Positions 29,161 through 44,357 of a stretch of DNA of 64,000 nt are shown one piece after another. Made by a program: the position numbers and the translations under genes. The DNA comes from Octopus vulgaris. Lineage: Eukaryota. The notes beneath the pieces are model-generated. The model did not search any database. It saw only the letters and a list, made by a program, of their open reading frames with translations, and was not told the DNA's origin. Position 1 is the stretch's first letter. Every line of letters starts with the position of its first letter. The stretch is taken from assembly GCA_951406725.2 (NCBI GenBank), contig OX597814.1, positions 10,726,001 to 10,790,000 of the forward strand, given 5' to 3'.

Positions 29161-29186
29161 TATAAAAATAATAATAATAATAATAA

Positions 29187-29546
29187 GAGCACTCAGAAAG
29201 CGCAAACCTTCACCAAGGCAACACCAACGTCTTCTCGACGATTAGACGGAGATGATTTTTAAAATGAGAATACCTGAAATAAACTAGATTGTTCTCACAA
29301 ACGAGAATACTAAAAGTGAACCCGATTGCTCAGAAAAGTTAATTAAAAAAAAAACTGGAAAAATAATCCAGAATCCTCGTCCGGTACCGGATTGATCCCA
29401 AAATCTTAGCAGTTCGTGCAAGTCACGAGGCCAAACATTATTGAAAGGTTCATCTGAATCCATGCAGCGTTTCTTTTGATATCTTGTCCACGGACAAACA
29501 AACACGACTGAAAATAATACCTCCGCCATAGAGAAGGCGGAGGTAA
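29187..29546 (-). mobile_element. Helentron-associated non-autonomous element (HINE/DINE-1-like)
   Basis: 5' TATTACCTCCGCC..GGCGGAGGT inverted pair, (GTTT)/(GTCC) repeats, degenerate 3' subTIR GGTGAAGGT plus stem-loop GCGCTTTCTGAGTGC before TT. Confidence 0.7.
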
Positions 29547-29726
29547 TAAAATGATATATAAAAGGATATACCATTAAACAGAGAAGAAAATACAGCCATA
29601 AACAACTAATAATGGATGTAATACTCATAACACAATACAAAAAGAAAAGACCACATACACTATTCTCAATTCAAAATCAACACCTGGCTAACAATATATT
29701 CGTCTAATATTTGAAATTGAAATTCC

Positions 29727-29960
29727 TATTTCTTTACTACCCACAAGGGGCTAAACACAGGGGGAACAAACAAGGACAGACAAATAGATTAAGTCGATTA
29801 CATCGACCCCAGTGTGCAACTGGTACTTATTTAATCGACCCCGAAAGGATGAAAGGCAAAGTCGACCTCGGCAGAATTTGAACTGAGAACGTAACGGCAG
29901 ACGAAATACGGCTACGTATTTCGCCCGGCGTGCTAACGATTCTGCCAGCTCGCCGCCCTT
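29727..29960 (-). mobile_element. SINE family B, full length with TSD
   Basis: Head GGCGGCGAGCTGGCAGAATCG, central CCTTTCATCCTTTCGGGGTCGAT, tail GTGGGTAGTAAAGAAATA; 13-bp TSD AAATTGAAATTCC at 29714-29726 and 29961-29973. Confidence 0.92.
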
Positions 29961-30816
29961 AAATTGAAATTCCGGTGGTAATTTCTGCACCAGGCACGAT
30001 GGTTTTCAGTACTAAATAGCGCGAAAAACAAAGGTCAATATCCATAAGGTGTGACTATGAAGAACTGGTAAAATTGGTGATGGATTTAGATAAATTACTT
30101 TCAGCTCTCCCCACAAAATATCTGGTTGCACGGAAATCACACATAAATATCAACATAAGAAACGAGAGAAAAGAAAAACCAGAAAAATTGCATGTACATA
30201 CAAACATACATATGCACACAAATGCATAATATACACATGTACCTATATGTATTAACATACGTGTGAACACATATATGCATGCACATAGATGCATATTTAT
30301 GTGTGTGTGTGTGTGTGTGAGTGTGTGTACACACTCACTCATATATTGGTATGTTATGGATATATGTATATATTGTGTGTATGTGTGTATGAATGGATGG
30401 ATGTCTGCATGTATGCAATGGATAAGAGACCGAGAAAGCGATTGAGAAGTGCTGTGATTAAAAGAATATGAAAAAAAAAATGTATAAAATATACGAAGAG
30501 AGAGAATCGCATTTGTTTTAAGTTGCACTGAGCTTTTGGCATTTAATATGAAATATCATGCATATATTTCTGTAAAATTGAAGGGTATATGCAATTCAAA
30601 GCATATTTGCTCTTTTCCAAATAAATGTATCTCCTCTCTTGGCTACTAATGTCAAACAGGTTTGTGACTTGTTTCTTTTTGGTTTGTTGTTGGTTTTGTT
30701 TTGATATTTTTCTATTACATTTAATATCAGAATTAACGCTCGCGCACAAATATACACACACATTGACATGCGCGCGCATTGGCTTATATTCAGGTAAGAA
30801 TATTCTTATACCGATA

Positions 30817-30862
<46 letters not shown>

Positions 30863-31528
30863 CACATATATATAATATATATATATACATATATAAATAT
30901 GTATCTATGCACACTTATATATAGGAAAATACATCAATGTTTGTATATATTTATTATACTTATAGATAACTATCTGTATAGTTTCATTCTCACTCTCTCT
31001 CCCTCTTTCACTCTCACTCTTTATATTTATACATTAATATCTACATATGTTTGTGCATGTATATATATATATAAATGTATGAATGTATACATGCGTATAT
31101 ATATATATATATATATGCGTACATATATACATATAGATATATATATATATACAAGCACACATACACACACACACACACATATATATATATACATACATAT
31201 GTATTAATATACATGTATCCATAGATACTAATATATAAATATATGTCTTTCAGTTTATCTATCCTTGCTTCTTGCATTTTTCATGCAAACACATTCTTTA
31301 AAACACACACACACTCTCACACACACACTCACACACACACACACACACACTCACACACACACATACATACATATACATACATACGTGCATACATATATTT
31401 TGCATAAATGTAACTGTGTTCATAAATGCATATATTTATTTTAATGCGTATGTACATACTTACCCACTCGCTCACATACACAACAAACACACAGATGCAC
31501 ACACACACACAGAGACTAACACTAACAC

Positions 31529-31967
31529 ATGTATGTATGTATGTATGTATGAATGAATGTATGTATGAATGAATGTATGTATGTATGAATGTATGTATGT
31601 ATGTGTGTTTGTATGTATGTATGTATGAATGAATGTATGTTTGTATGTATGTATGTATGTATGTATGTATGTATGTATGTATGTATGTATGTATGTATGT
31701 ATGTATGCATGCATGTATGTATGTATGTATGTATGCATGTATGTATGTATGTATGTATATACGTATGTATGTATGTACGTACGTACGTATGTATGTATGT
31801 ATGTATGTATGTATGTATGTATGTATGTATGTATGTTTGTATGTATGTATGTATGTGTGTGTGTATGTATATACGTATGTATGTATGTATGAATGTATGT
31901 ATGTATGTATGTATGTATATACGTATGTATGTATGTACGTACGTACGTATGTATGTATGTATGTATG

Positions 31968-32001
<34 letters not shown>

Positions 32002-32022
32002 TGTATGTATGTATGTACGTAT
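31529..32022. repeat. (TATG)n tetranucleotide array
   Basis: About 500 bp with AATG/TACG variants. Confidence 0.95.
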
Positions 32023-32599
32023 GCGAGGAACCAAAAACCCAGAAGTGTTGTATATTTGTTTCTTGTCGAACAAATGGAAAACTCAGAGATTCCGCAAGAT
32101 GAATCGATAAATTTTAAAGTATGAAGAGAACGAAGACATCGACGCTAACGACGGCGACAATGTATATACGGCAGGAGAAGATGACGAATAAGAACGGTAG
32201 AGAAAGAGAAAGAGAGGGAGAAGAAATATAAGTGGTTATGTAGATAAATACGATGAATGAAAAGCATGGAAGTGGGAGGTAAGTAGAAAGAGAAAGGGGG
32301 AGGGTAAGGGAGAGGCAAAGCAAGTTGAAATCTTTTAACATTTTAGCTTGAAAACTACTTTAACAAAATAAAACGTGATTGCTATTTTACATCATAAGTT
32401 CGACCTCCCCGCCAATGGCAACCACTAACATAAGTCTTTCCTCTGTCTCCGTTTCTCTCTCTCTCTCTGTCCCCCTCTTGCTCTGACTCCTTCTCTCTGA
32501 CTCAATTTCTCTCTCTTTTTCTTTCTAACTCTGTGCCAATCCATATTTCTCTATACCTTTGTCTCTCTCCCCTCTCTCTAGCCTCCTTCATCTTCACCT

Positions 32600-32647
<48 letters not shown>

Positions 32648-32717
32648 GCGCATTCTTACCTGTTCTATCTAACTTCGCCTCATTTTATCTACTTTACGTA
32701 TGTATGTATGCATCTAC

Positions 32718-32775
<58 letters not shown>

Positions 32776-32782
32776 GACTGTC

Positions 32783-32830
<48 letters not shown>

Positions 32831-32869
32831 CATACATACATACACACATACGTACGTTCACACATGAAT

Positions 32870-32917
<48 letters not shown>

Positions 32918-33135
32918 CCCTTTCTCTGTATATCTCATTCCCTCTTTCTCTCCGCTTCTCCCCCCTCTCTCTCTCTCTCTCTTTCTATTTTTCCGAAATC
33001 TCCTTCCTACCAACTCAACCATCACCATCACCACCACCACCACCACCATCACCACCACAACTGCAACCACCGCCGCAACCACCACCACCACCGCCACCAC
33101 CGCCGCCATCACCGCCGCCATCGCCACCCACTTTT

Positions 33136-33167
<32 letters not shown>

Positions 33168-34017
33168 TCCTTCATACTCCGCCCGCCATCATGGAGTTTT
33201 TGCACTGCATCATCTACTCTGACAATCGAAAAGTCGCATATCTATGGCTATTGGCAGAGTATGTTAAGTTTTGCTTGAAGGAAATGCAGTGCGACGTTGT
33301 GTTGCTAAAAGTCACACGAAAGCTGTGAAAAGTATATTATTCGTAGAAGAAACTGGCATGTTTAGAACAGTACTTCAGATCGCAGGCTTACACCATCTGC
33401 CATGAGCTGCAGGGCTATGTGACAGAATACCCACCTACTTAGATATTTCAGATTTATTCTTTTCTTCCACTCCACCACTCCATAATGACAGAACATCCTT
33501 TTAAACTTACTACTCATGGTTCTGAATTCTCTACTTGAAGTGCTTTTCTGTCTTCTTCTTCTTACTGTTATTATTATTATTATTATTATTGTTGTTATTA
33601 TTCACTGCAGCTACTGTTCTTGATGATGTTTGTTGCTTTACGATGTTTTTGCCGTGATTTTTTTTTTCTTCTTCACTTTATTCACGTGAATTCTCTCTCT
33701 AACTCTTCTTCTTCTTCTCCTTCTCCGTTTTCCTCCTCCATCTTCTTTTATTTCTTCTCTGCTCTACTTCTTCATCTTCTCATTTATGTTGCTCTTCATT
33801 TATTTCATCGTTGTTGTTGTTGTTCTTCTTCTTCTTTTTGCTTGTTCTTGTTCTTGTTCTGTTGTCTTCCAATTCCGAACCGTCGCTGTGAAATAGGATT
33901 TACTTTTCCTTGATCATACCTTAATCCGCCAGGCGTCATGTCAGGAATGGCTATCTGACAGTGTCGTCTGCATCATTGGAAGCGTTTAAGCGCGGTTTTA
34001 CTGATTACACGTGAAAG

Positions 34018-34076
<59 letters not shown>

Positions 34077-34079
34077 TTT

Positions 34080-34115
<36 letters not shown>

Positions 34116-34251
34116 AAAATATTATCATCATCATCGTCATCATCATGAGCGTCGTCACCAGCGTCATCAACATTTCTCTCATTAGCCCTCCCACTCTCTT
34201 ACATCCGCTTAACTCCACCTCTGTCATCTCTCTCCCTCTTTCTCCCTCTGC

Positions 34252-34291
<40 letters not shown>

Positions 34292-34905
34292 TTCCATCCA
34301 TGCCATGTTCTATCATATTTTCTTCAAATCGCTATTCCAACCAACCCTTATTATTTTTGCACACTATTTCTCTCTCTCTCTCTCCTCCCACTCTCCCCTT
34401 CTCTCTCTATCTATCTACCTGTATATCTAGCCAATCTCTTCATTACCTTCATATCCCTTTCTCTTATGCTAACGTTCCTTCATCGTGTTATATCTCTCCT
34501 TAAAACTATCTTCCTTTTCTCTCATTCTCACATTCCACTCCTCCCTATTTTTCAACCACAGTTATTCCACTCATCCTTACACTCACTTAGCTCTTCCTTT
34601 CTCTTTACAATTGTTTTTCATTCCTTTCCTTCTCTCTTAATCACTTTACCGAACTCGCTACCTTATTTCACTTAACCTTTCACAACCCATTTTGTCAATA
34701 CTATTCCTTTCCTTCACCAATGAAGTCTTTCACTCAAACATTCGAACACACGAACATTTCCATTCACTCACAGCCTCATTCACTCATACAACAGAAATTT
34801 CCTTTTTTCGCAAAATTCTTTTGCCCATACAATCAGTCAACCACTAACTCGCTCACTCACTCTCTCACTCATTCATTCACTCCTTTTTACTAAATCTTGC
34901 ATATA

Positions 34906-35470
34906 CACGGTGGGACAGAGAGGACGGATGTTTTTGAAATGGCTATTACTCAGCCCCAAAGGGAGGGTCGTATGTCCGACAGGTACCGTTCGGTCCTGGA
35001 CGTCTTAATTCTTTCTTTTCAAGTGATGCCATGGCGCTTAGAGCATCGCGTGTTTGCCTACGACAATTACGTGAAGAATGAGTCTGTCACAAGTGTTCAG
35101 CGTGAGTTTCAGTGCCAATTCAACATTCACCGAACTCAGGCTGTTCCCACCCATAACACAATCTTATATTGGGTGAATGCACTTCGTACACGAGGTACAT
35201 TAATGAATAGGAGACTAGTGGAAGCTTCACAAACGGTACGGACCGCAGAAAATGTGTAACGCGTCAGACAAGCTTTGATACGTAGTCCGAATCGCTCTGC
35301 TCGGAAGCATTTCACTAAACGTGCCATTGCTAATCAATCGGAAAGGCGTATTTTGCATGAAGACCTGCATTTCCACCCGTAAAAATTGGTCAATGGGCAA
35401 CAGTTGAAGCCATGGAACTATGCACAATGGCTTAACTTCGCACGTCAAATGGAAGCAATCCTGGAGGCAA
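34906..35470 (+). mobile_element. Tc1/mariner (DUF4817-type) transposon, 5' half
   Basis: TA plus TIR CACGGTGGGACAGAGAGGACGGATG; EHRVFAYDNYVKNESVTSVQREF..RTVRT-like QTVRTAENV*RVRQALIRSPNRSARK..ILHEDLHFHP; stops just before the first catalytic Asp at a (TA)n tract. Confidence 0.88.
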
Positions 35471-35489
35471 ATATATATATATATCTTAC

Positions 35490-35700
35490 TTTGCTTTTTC
35501 TCTCTCACTAGTTTTAGTCATTTGACTGCGGCCAATCTTGGAGGGTTTGGGGACAAATTGATTGCTGCTAGTCCTTATTCTATCTGAATCTCCTGCTGAA
35601 CTTCTAAGTTGCCGGGAGGTAAAAACACCCGCACGGATTGACGAACGGAGGGGTAGAGATACAAACACACATACACACCTGTGCGAGCTGTGTGTATACA
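35490..35700 (-). mobile_element. SINE family A, decayed 3' part
   Basis: TAGTCATTTGACTGCGGCC and GCTGAACTTCTAAGTTGCCGGG blocks. Confidence 0.6.
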
Positions 35701-35730
35701 TACATACATTCATCCATATGTATATGTATA

Positions 35731-35849
<119 letters not shown>

Positions 35850-35850
35850 T

Positions 35851-36670
<820 letters not shown>

Positions 36671-36898
36671 ACATATATATATGTAATTTTACCAGGAATA
36701 GGCTGGTAAATTTGAAGCTTTGACTTGCTCTTCTTCAGGCTGTCAAGTTTTCTCTTCTAGTAATGAATTAATGTGTTCTCTACTGAAATGCATTGAGCAA
36801 TCTTCCAGTTTAATCTTAAATTGTGTTCACATATAACTTCTCATAAAAATGACAAACACGCACACACTCACATACACACACACATCTACCTATCTATC

Positions 36899-36964
<66 letters not shown>

Positions 36965-36999
36965 GTGTGTGTGTATGTATGTATATATATATATGTATG

Positions 37000-37047
<48 letters not shown>

Positions 37048-37275
37048 ACTATCGGTCTGTTTCGAGACGCATAAGTTATAATGGTTATTGACAATTTTGT
37101 CTTTTTTCCGGCTTATTTGACATTAGAATTTTTCTTTTGCCCTTATTTTGTAAGTTATTTATAAATTTAACCTTTAAAGGTATTTTTTGATATGCTGGCC
37201 ATTGATAAAAAATTTTTTCGAAAAAAATTTTTATCCTACATTAAGTTGTATATATATATATATATTTATACATAT

Positions 37276-37359
<84 letters not shown>

Positions 37360-37629
37360 TAGGCGGTGAGCTGGCAGAATCGTTAGCACACCGGGCGAAA
37401 TGCTTAGCAACATTTCGTCTGCTTTTACTTTCTGAGAAAGGAAAGAGAGTGAGAATAAGGAATGATAAACAAGTTTCAGAGACTGCAAGCAAGAGCAAAA
37501 GAAAGAATGACATCTAGAGAATGAGAGAACAGGAAAGAAAAAATAGCAAGTGAGAGGTAGGGAAATCAAGAGATTTCGAATGAAGATAAAAGGCTTAGAT
37601 GATAAGAAAAAGAAAAAAGAGAGTAAGCA

Positions 37630-38331
37630 CAGGTAGATCAGAGAGGACGGATATTTTTGAAAAATTCACAATATCATTAATTGTAGCTGCAAACGAATTT
37701 TATTAACACCAATGTGTTCGTAGTGAAATAGCATTTGTTAAAATCAAGTGGGAAAAATAATATCCATCATGTAGTATCTATTTTCATTCAAGCATTTCTG
37801 AAGGCGTTCTTGAAAGTTGGCTTCCACTCTCTCTAGCATTGCTTTATCAATTTGGGCGACATCCACGCGAATAGCTTCCTTCAAATCGTCGAATGTACGG
37901 AACTTGTGCGCATGCACACGTGCCTTGAGGTTTCCCCACGAGAAACAATCACACATGGACAAATCAGGAAACCCGGAAACGAGTCGGTCACCGAAGAGTA
38001 GGCGAAGAACGTCCATGAATGCTTTGGCAGCGTGGGTTGTCGGCTCCATCCTGCTGAAACCACACACGTCAAATAGGCATACATTTTCGTCGTAATTCAG
38101 ACGCAAAGAAGTTGTTTATTATCTCGATGTAACACTCGGAGTTCACAGTAACAGCATTTACATTATTGTCCTCAAAAAATTAAGGACCAATGACAGCAGC
38201 TTTTCCAACAGCACACCAGACCGTCATTTTTGGGCTGTACAGTGGTCTTTCGTGCAGTTCTCTCAGATTTTCAAGAGCCAAATAAAGGCACTTCTGTTGA
38301 TTCACCATGTTCTTTGCTCGATTCAGGTGAA
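37630..38331 (-). mobile_element. Tc1/mariner transposon, 3' half (inverted relative to the 5' half)
   Basis: VNQQK..ENLRELHERPLYSPKMTVWCAV..IGP*FFED..WFQQDGA..PDLSMCDCFSWGNLK..FQERLQKC; TIR CAGGTAGATCAGAGAGGACGGATATTTTTGAAA at 37630. Confidence 0.88.
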
Positions 38332-38337
38332 TGTATG

Positions 38338-38388
<51 letters not shown>

Positions 38389-38390
<2 letters not shown>

Positions 38391-39255
38391 GCTTCGAATG
38401 TCCCGTCCTGTGGTTCTTGTGTCGTCTCTTTGGTGTTTCATGTTCTTGTCCATGTCTGTATTTATTTTTTAATGATTACATATATAATCGGCGGCTTCGT
38501 ATCCACAATTCTGTCCTTATACGTTAAGTATTTTTTCTCTAGCATTGATACGACTCTTGATCCGTCTCTTTCTCTCTCTCTCTCCTCCCTTATTCCCCTT
38601 CTTTCTTTCCCTCTCCATCCGTCCCCCCCTTCTACGTTTCTCTATCTCTCTTACCTCCACTCCCCTCGATCTGTCTCTTTCTTCTCCTCCCTCGTCCACC
38701 TTCTCCCCCTCTTCATCTGTCCCTTTCTCCTGTCTTTTGTCCTCACGTGACCGCTAGCCACTGCTGGGCGCCCTTTTCGTTCCAGCAGTCGTCGAAGCAA
38801 CACGTATTTGTTCGTCTCCCGCGGCCATTAGGCACAACTTCATAAGCCAGCCCCAACTCAACACGTCCTGTCGAAAGACCCTTGTCCTACGTCCTGGTTT
38901 TGTTTTGTTTTTTATCCTTACCGTTATTGTTTTTACGTTTTTGTATTCTTATTCGTGCTTTCCTTATTGTTGTCACGTATTCTGTATTGTTATTCGTGTA
39001 CATCGTTCGTTTTCCGTCCTCGTGTTGTATACATTCGAAGCTTTCTTCCAAGGGATCTAATGCGCTTGGCTTAGATTTTCCTTGGGGGCTGCCCAGATCG
39101 GAGCAATCTCAAGATTAATCAGCCGAAATTGCGAAGATGACCTGGTTCTTGACTGATGACTGAGGGCTTCGAATGTCCCGTCCTGTGGTTCTTGTGTCGT
39201 CTCCTTGGTGTTTCATGTTCTTGTCCATGTCTGTATTTATTTTTTACTGTTTACA
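38389..39255 (+). mobile_element. (TA)n-embedded element with partial-tandem (pseudo-LTR) structure
   Basis: About 92-bp near-identical direct repeats at 38389-38480 and 39164-39255, each followed by TATATA; non-coding CT-rich body. Confidence 0.7.
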
Positions 39256-39277
39256 TATATATATAGATATATATATA

Positions 39278-39665
39278 CTAGCAGTATCGCCCGGCGTTGC
39301 TCGGGTTTCTAAGGGAAATAACTATATAAGCATTTTTAGAGAGTTATAGCCAAAAAATAGGAAAAAATGCATTAAAAATGGAAAAAAAATTAAGGTAAAT
39401 TTCTTTTTAAATCGTTGACACATCGTAGATATTTTTAGAGAGTTACTTCCCTTACATAATAGAAAAAAATGCATTAAAATGGAAAAATATGATGGTAAAT
39501 TTTTTTAAATCGTAGACTCATCGTAGACGCGCGCTAATACCCAGAAGGGCTCGATATGAATCACGACTATAAGATACCCGGTTTTGGTTACACTGCACCG
39601 CAAAATGTGGGAGTCGTTACGAATCTAAATCGTAGGAGACAGACACACAACTTCACTCTTATAGA
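39278..39665 (-). mobile_element. Non-autonomous Helitron
   Basis: TC start, hairpin plus CTAG end, A|T target; internal tandem duplication; close match to the 60606 copy. Confidence 0.85.
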
Positions 39666-41077
39666 TATGTCACGTAGTTATATACACATACTTTGTTATA
39701 TACACATTCTTAAAAGAAAATGTTATTTTGAATACAACATTTATAAAAATAAAATATTTTTTGGTTTTTCTTAACCCTTTCGTTACTATATTTCTGACCA
39801 AAATACACCCCTTATGTGTTTCAATTAATTTCTAACGTAATCATAAATTTAGTCTGGTTTCATTAAACAACTATAACTTTTTTATTTATCAATATATTAA
39901 TCTGATTTTTGGAAGATAATTTAATGAAATATTCTCAACCAATTCTACACTATAATTTTTGTCACAAAGTGACTGTAATTGCAGGTAGATACAGGTAAAT
40001 TCAACAATATATAAAATTATTAAAATTTTGTTCAAACATTGCTATAGAAAATGGGTTATTAGCTAATATTCAATTGGGTATACAACAAAATTTTACGATA
40101 GAATTTGTTATTCTGGGTAACTTTCTGATACCCATAATAATATTTATGGCAAAATAGGCCTTAATTTAATTTAAGGTTGTGGGAAATAACAAACTATCCT
40201 TTCTTTCGCTTTGTTTACGTTTAGCGAAATGATTTCAAATAGGCTCATTCGAAAAAGTAAAAAGAAATAGTTTAAGGCTTTATACTCTTCTGGGAAAGTC
40301 TGTGGCTTGGTGCAGTTTCTTCAGAAAAATCACCGAAAGAAACAGTTTTTAAATTTTCACTCCATTCAGGTACCAAATCATTTTCTTAATCGCTGTCGGA
40401 TTCACTGTTTTCAATTTAATAGCTGCAAACTTGCAAAGACAAAGGAGGAGAAGGGTGATAGCGTCAGTGAAACAGTCGCTCCCTTTGTGTGTGTGTGCGT
40501 TTGCGTGTGGTGTATCCCACATTAAGAAAAATATTTGACATATACACCAGAATGTGAGTTTTCTCTAAATTTTGCTTAATTGGGGTTGAAATTTTAAAAA
40601 CCGGACCTGGCATGACCCGATGCATTCTACTCTTAAAAATGCTAGGTAAATTGTAATTGAAGAAATCCTATATTGTAGATTTCTATAAATTACAAAGGGA
40701 GGCAGATAAAATCTGCCTTTTATAATAAGAGATAATTAGTGTACATTTATACCACTTGTACCTAGGTTTCGAAATTATTTTATTTGTTCATTAATGTTCC
40801 AAACCTATGTACAAATGATAATTATTGAGAATGTTTTTATTTTCATCCCCTTCGAAATTACTCTTAACTGTGGTTCGGGCTTTATTGCTCCATTTAGCAT
40901 GTAAGGTGTCCTGTTAGGGTCACCTCTTCTGTGTATAGTAATTTTATATGAAAATTATGTTGTCTAATGACTATTTTATGCATGCTAGCCACTGGTAGAA
41001 AATTTCTATAATTTTTCTACTCTACATATATTTTCTTTCTCTCTTTCTCTCTCTCTCTCTCTACACACACATACACA

Positions 41078-41126
<49 letters not shown>

Positions 41127-41548
41127 GTATGTGTGTCTATATATATGTCTATACACGTGTGTGTTTGTGTACGTTTGTATGCGCGTATGCATGCAAATAG
41201 ATGCGAGTAGGATTGACCTGTCTAAAGTCTTAGCTTCAGGTAGAGGCATCACTTGATTTTTAACATCTCTATTAATATTTCTATTACGTGGTGCATAGCA
41301 TATTTGGCCGTAGCCAAAAAACAGTAAAACGCTAAATGAAAAATATCATGATGGAATGAAGGAAAGTATCAGCATGGATGGTAAACTCTGTGTGCACCTG
41401 GTGCAAGAGACTCACGTTGTTGCTGCATCTGTGCAAAACACCACATCAATGCTGATTGAGTTCAAGAGAAAAGACAACCGATAACTTTGCCCGAAATCAA
41501 GTTGCACATCATATATCCATATACACCTATACATATATATATATATAT

Positions 41549-41959
41549 AGGAGTGGCTGTGTGGTAAGTAGCTTGTTTACCAACCACATGGTTCCGGGTT
41601 CAGTCCCACTGCGCGGCACCTTGGGCAAGTGTCTTCTACTATAGCCTCGAGCCGACCAAAGCCTTGTGAGTGGATTTGGTAGACGGAAACTGAAAGAAGC
41701 CCGTCGTATATATGTATATATATATATGCGTGTTTGTGTTTGTGTGTGTATGTTTGTCCCCCTAGCATTGCTTGACAACCGATGCTCGTGTATTTATGTC
41801 CCCGTTACTTAGCGGTTCGGCAAAAGAGACCCATAGAATAAGTACTGGGCTTTCAAAAAGAATATGTTCCGGGGTCGAGTTGCTCGATTAAAGGCGGTGC
41901 TCCAGCATGGCCGCAGTCAAATGACTAAAACAAGTAAAAAGAGTAAAAAAAAGAGTAAA

Positions 41960-41960
<1 letters not shown>
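41549..41960 (+). mobile_element. SINE family A, young copy
   Basis: Very similar to the 21553 copy. Confidence 0.92.
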
Positions 41961-42022
<62 letters not shown>

Positions 42023-42026
<4 letters not shown>

Positions 42027-42213
42027 TGCAGAAACACATATATATATACAATTAAGAAACACACAAAACCGTTAGATTCACGTTAGATTAGTGAATCTAA
42101 CGGTTTTGTGTGTTTCTTAAATGGCTTATAAACACCTTCAACGCTGCAATTGTTTTCGTTCCAGCACACGATCTCAGATCAAGTCATTCGCTATGCAAGT
42201 ACATCTCCGTAAT
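42023..42213 (+). mobile_element. (TA)n-embedded fold-back element, family F4 short copy
   Basis: Arms 42052-42081 and 42091-42120; homologous to 56547-56670. Confidence 0.75.
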
Positions 42214-42233
42214 AGATATATATATATATATAC

Positions 42234-42282
<49 letters not shown>

Positions 42283-42298
42283 GAGGTGTATTTATATA

Positions 42299-42500
42299 CA
42301 CGTGACCGCGTGTTTCGTTGGAGATTTTCTTTCTCCGTCTTCCCTTCCTTGGACCTTTCCTTATTCTATGTGTCTGACGAAGAGCTCCGCTCGAAACGTT
42401 ACATCCTCCTTTCTTTCCGTTCCTGAGCGTCCAGTAACACTATGCTTGTTCCACGTCCTCGCGTTGTTGTGTTTTCTGTTTGTTCATGTTTGGATTAACT
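42299..42500 (+). mobile_element. Family H1 element with canonical-core hammerhead at 42370-42404
   Basis: GTGT-CTGACGA-A-GAGC(TCC)GCTC-GAAA-C-GTT-ACAT. Confidence 0.8.
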
Positions 42501-42837
42501 ATATATATATATATATATATATACGTATTGTTTCCTATATTAAACATCTAGTGTTCTCATCTGTTGACTCTCTCTCTCTCTCTCGCTGTTTATCAATGTA
42601 TAAATCCATCTATCTATCCCTCTCTAAGTATGCGTTGTATCGCACGTTCGACGTACGATATAACTGGATAATAATAATGTTCTCGGAAATCATTCTACTC
42701 AAGATACTGGTAATAATTGTCAACAATACGCAACTCTCGGCTTTACACTGCGTTGAAGGCTCTGTGTATGTACATTTATATTGTGGAACAGTCCTTTAGA
42801 AGCCAGCCAATAGGGGTGTTCTACACAACAGTATGTG

Positions 42838-42877
<40 letters not shown>

Positions 42878-43368
42878 TTTTATTTTATATTATATCATAT
42901 TATATCATATTTATATTATATTATATATATACGTGAAGGCACACATACACACTCAGACACACAGAAACACACATAGAGAAACACACACGGACACTCACAC
43001 AAACACTATATATGTATATGTGTGTGTGCGTATATATATATATATTGTTAACTTGATAAAAAGTTTATAAATACTCCAGAGAGCAGGATATAATTTTTTT
43101 TTTTTTTCTTGCGATAATGGTTCTTGAAGCAAATCACATAAAACTATAAAGAATAGCATGCAATTTTTGGGCAGAAAATCTGTTTTTGATAGAAAATATG
43201 GGATGGTATATTTACAGAAGTAGGTTTGTGATCTAAGGTTAGCCCACGGTTTGTTTTGTTTTTGCAAAAGGTGCTTTCAACCCAGTATTTCAATGCTATT
43301 TTTTAGCTGTATGTGATGTGTCTCGAGAACCATTATTCCAAAAAAAGAGTTTTACACACACATACACA

Positions 43369-43474
<106 letters not shown>

Positions 43475-43751
43475 CTATGTATATATATGTGTGTGTGTAT
43501 GGTGTGTGTGTGTGTGTGTGTGTATGTATGCATTATATATGTATGCATGTATGTACGTAGGTAGGTTGGTAGGTAGTAAGGTAGGTAGTTAGGTATGTAT
43601 GTGGGTATGTATGTAGGTAAGTAGGTTGGTAGGTTGGTTGGTAAGTAGGTATATCCGTTTAGGTTCCTTAATCGCTTTGCTACAAACTCAGAGCAGAATA
43701 TTTCGATGGAAAAATTAACTTTCCCGGGTTTAGTCTTGCAGAAAATGTTGA

Positions 43752-44357
43752 GGGCGTCGAGCTGGCAGAAACGTTAGCACGCCGGGTGAAATGCTTAGCG
43801 GTATTTAGTCTGCCGCTACGTTCTGAGTTCAAATTCCACCGGGGTCGACTTTGCCTTTCATCCTTTCGGGGTCGATAAATTAAGTACCACTTACGCACTG
43901 GGGTCGATGTAGTCGACTTAATACCTATGTCTGTCCTTGTTTGTCCTCTCTGTGTTTATCCCCTTGTGGGTAATAAAGAAATAGGTATTTAGTCTGCCGC
44001 TACGTTCTGAGTTCAAATTCCGCCGAGGTCGACTTTGCCTTTCGTCCTTTCGGGGTCGATTAAATAAGTACCAGTTACGCACTGAGGTTGATATAATCGA
44101 CTTAATCCGTTTGTCTGTCCTTGTTTGTCCTCTCTGTGTTTAGCCCCTTGTGGGTAGTAAAGAAATAGAAATAGGTATTTCGTCAGCCGCTACGTTCTGA
44201 GTTCAAATTCCGCCGAGGTCGACTTTGCCTTTCATCCTTTCGGGCTCGATTAAATAAGTACCAGTTACGCACTGAGGTCGATATAATCGACTTAATCCGT
44301 CTGTCTGTCCTTGCTTGCCCCCTGTATGGAGCCCCTTGTGGGTAGTAAAGAAATAAG
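43752..44357 (+). mobile_element. SINE family B tandem trimer
   Basis: One complete unit plus two head-less units starting at GGTATTT (43984, 44174); AAATGTTG direct repeat flanks the whole array. Confidence 0.92.

Noticed and set aside
33191-33328. 45-aa ORF with strong Kozak context (GCCATCATGG)
   Set aside because: No recognisable homology or splice structure; can arise by chance.
36685-36745. Minus-strand CTGAAGA plus hairpins resembling a hammerhead
   Set aside because: GAAA box is CAAA and stem I has no partner.
39771-40560. TTAACCCTTT piggyBac-like terminus
   Set aside because: No matching opposite TIR could be identified.
43752-44357. Regular repeats that might suggest a CRISPR array
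   Set aside because: Eukaryotic SINE tandem with no unique spacers or cas genes.
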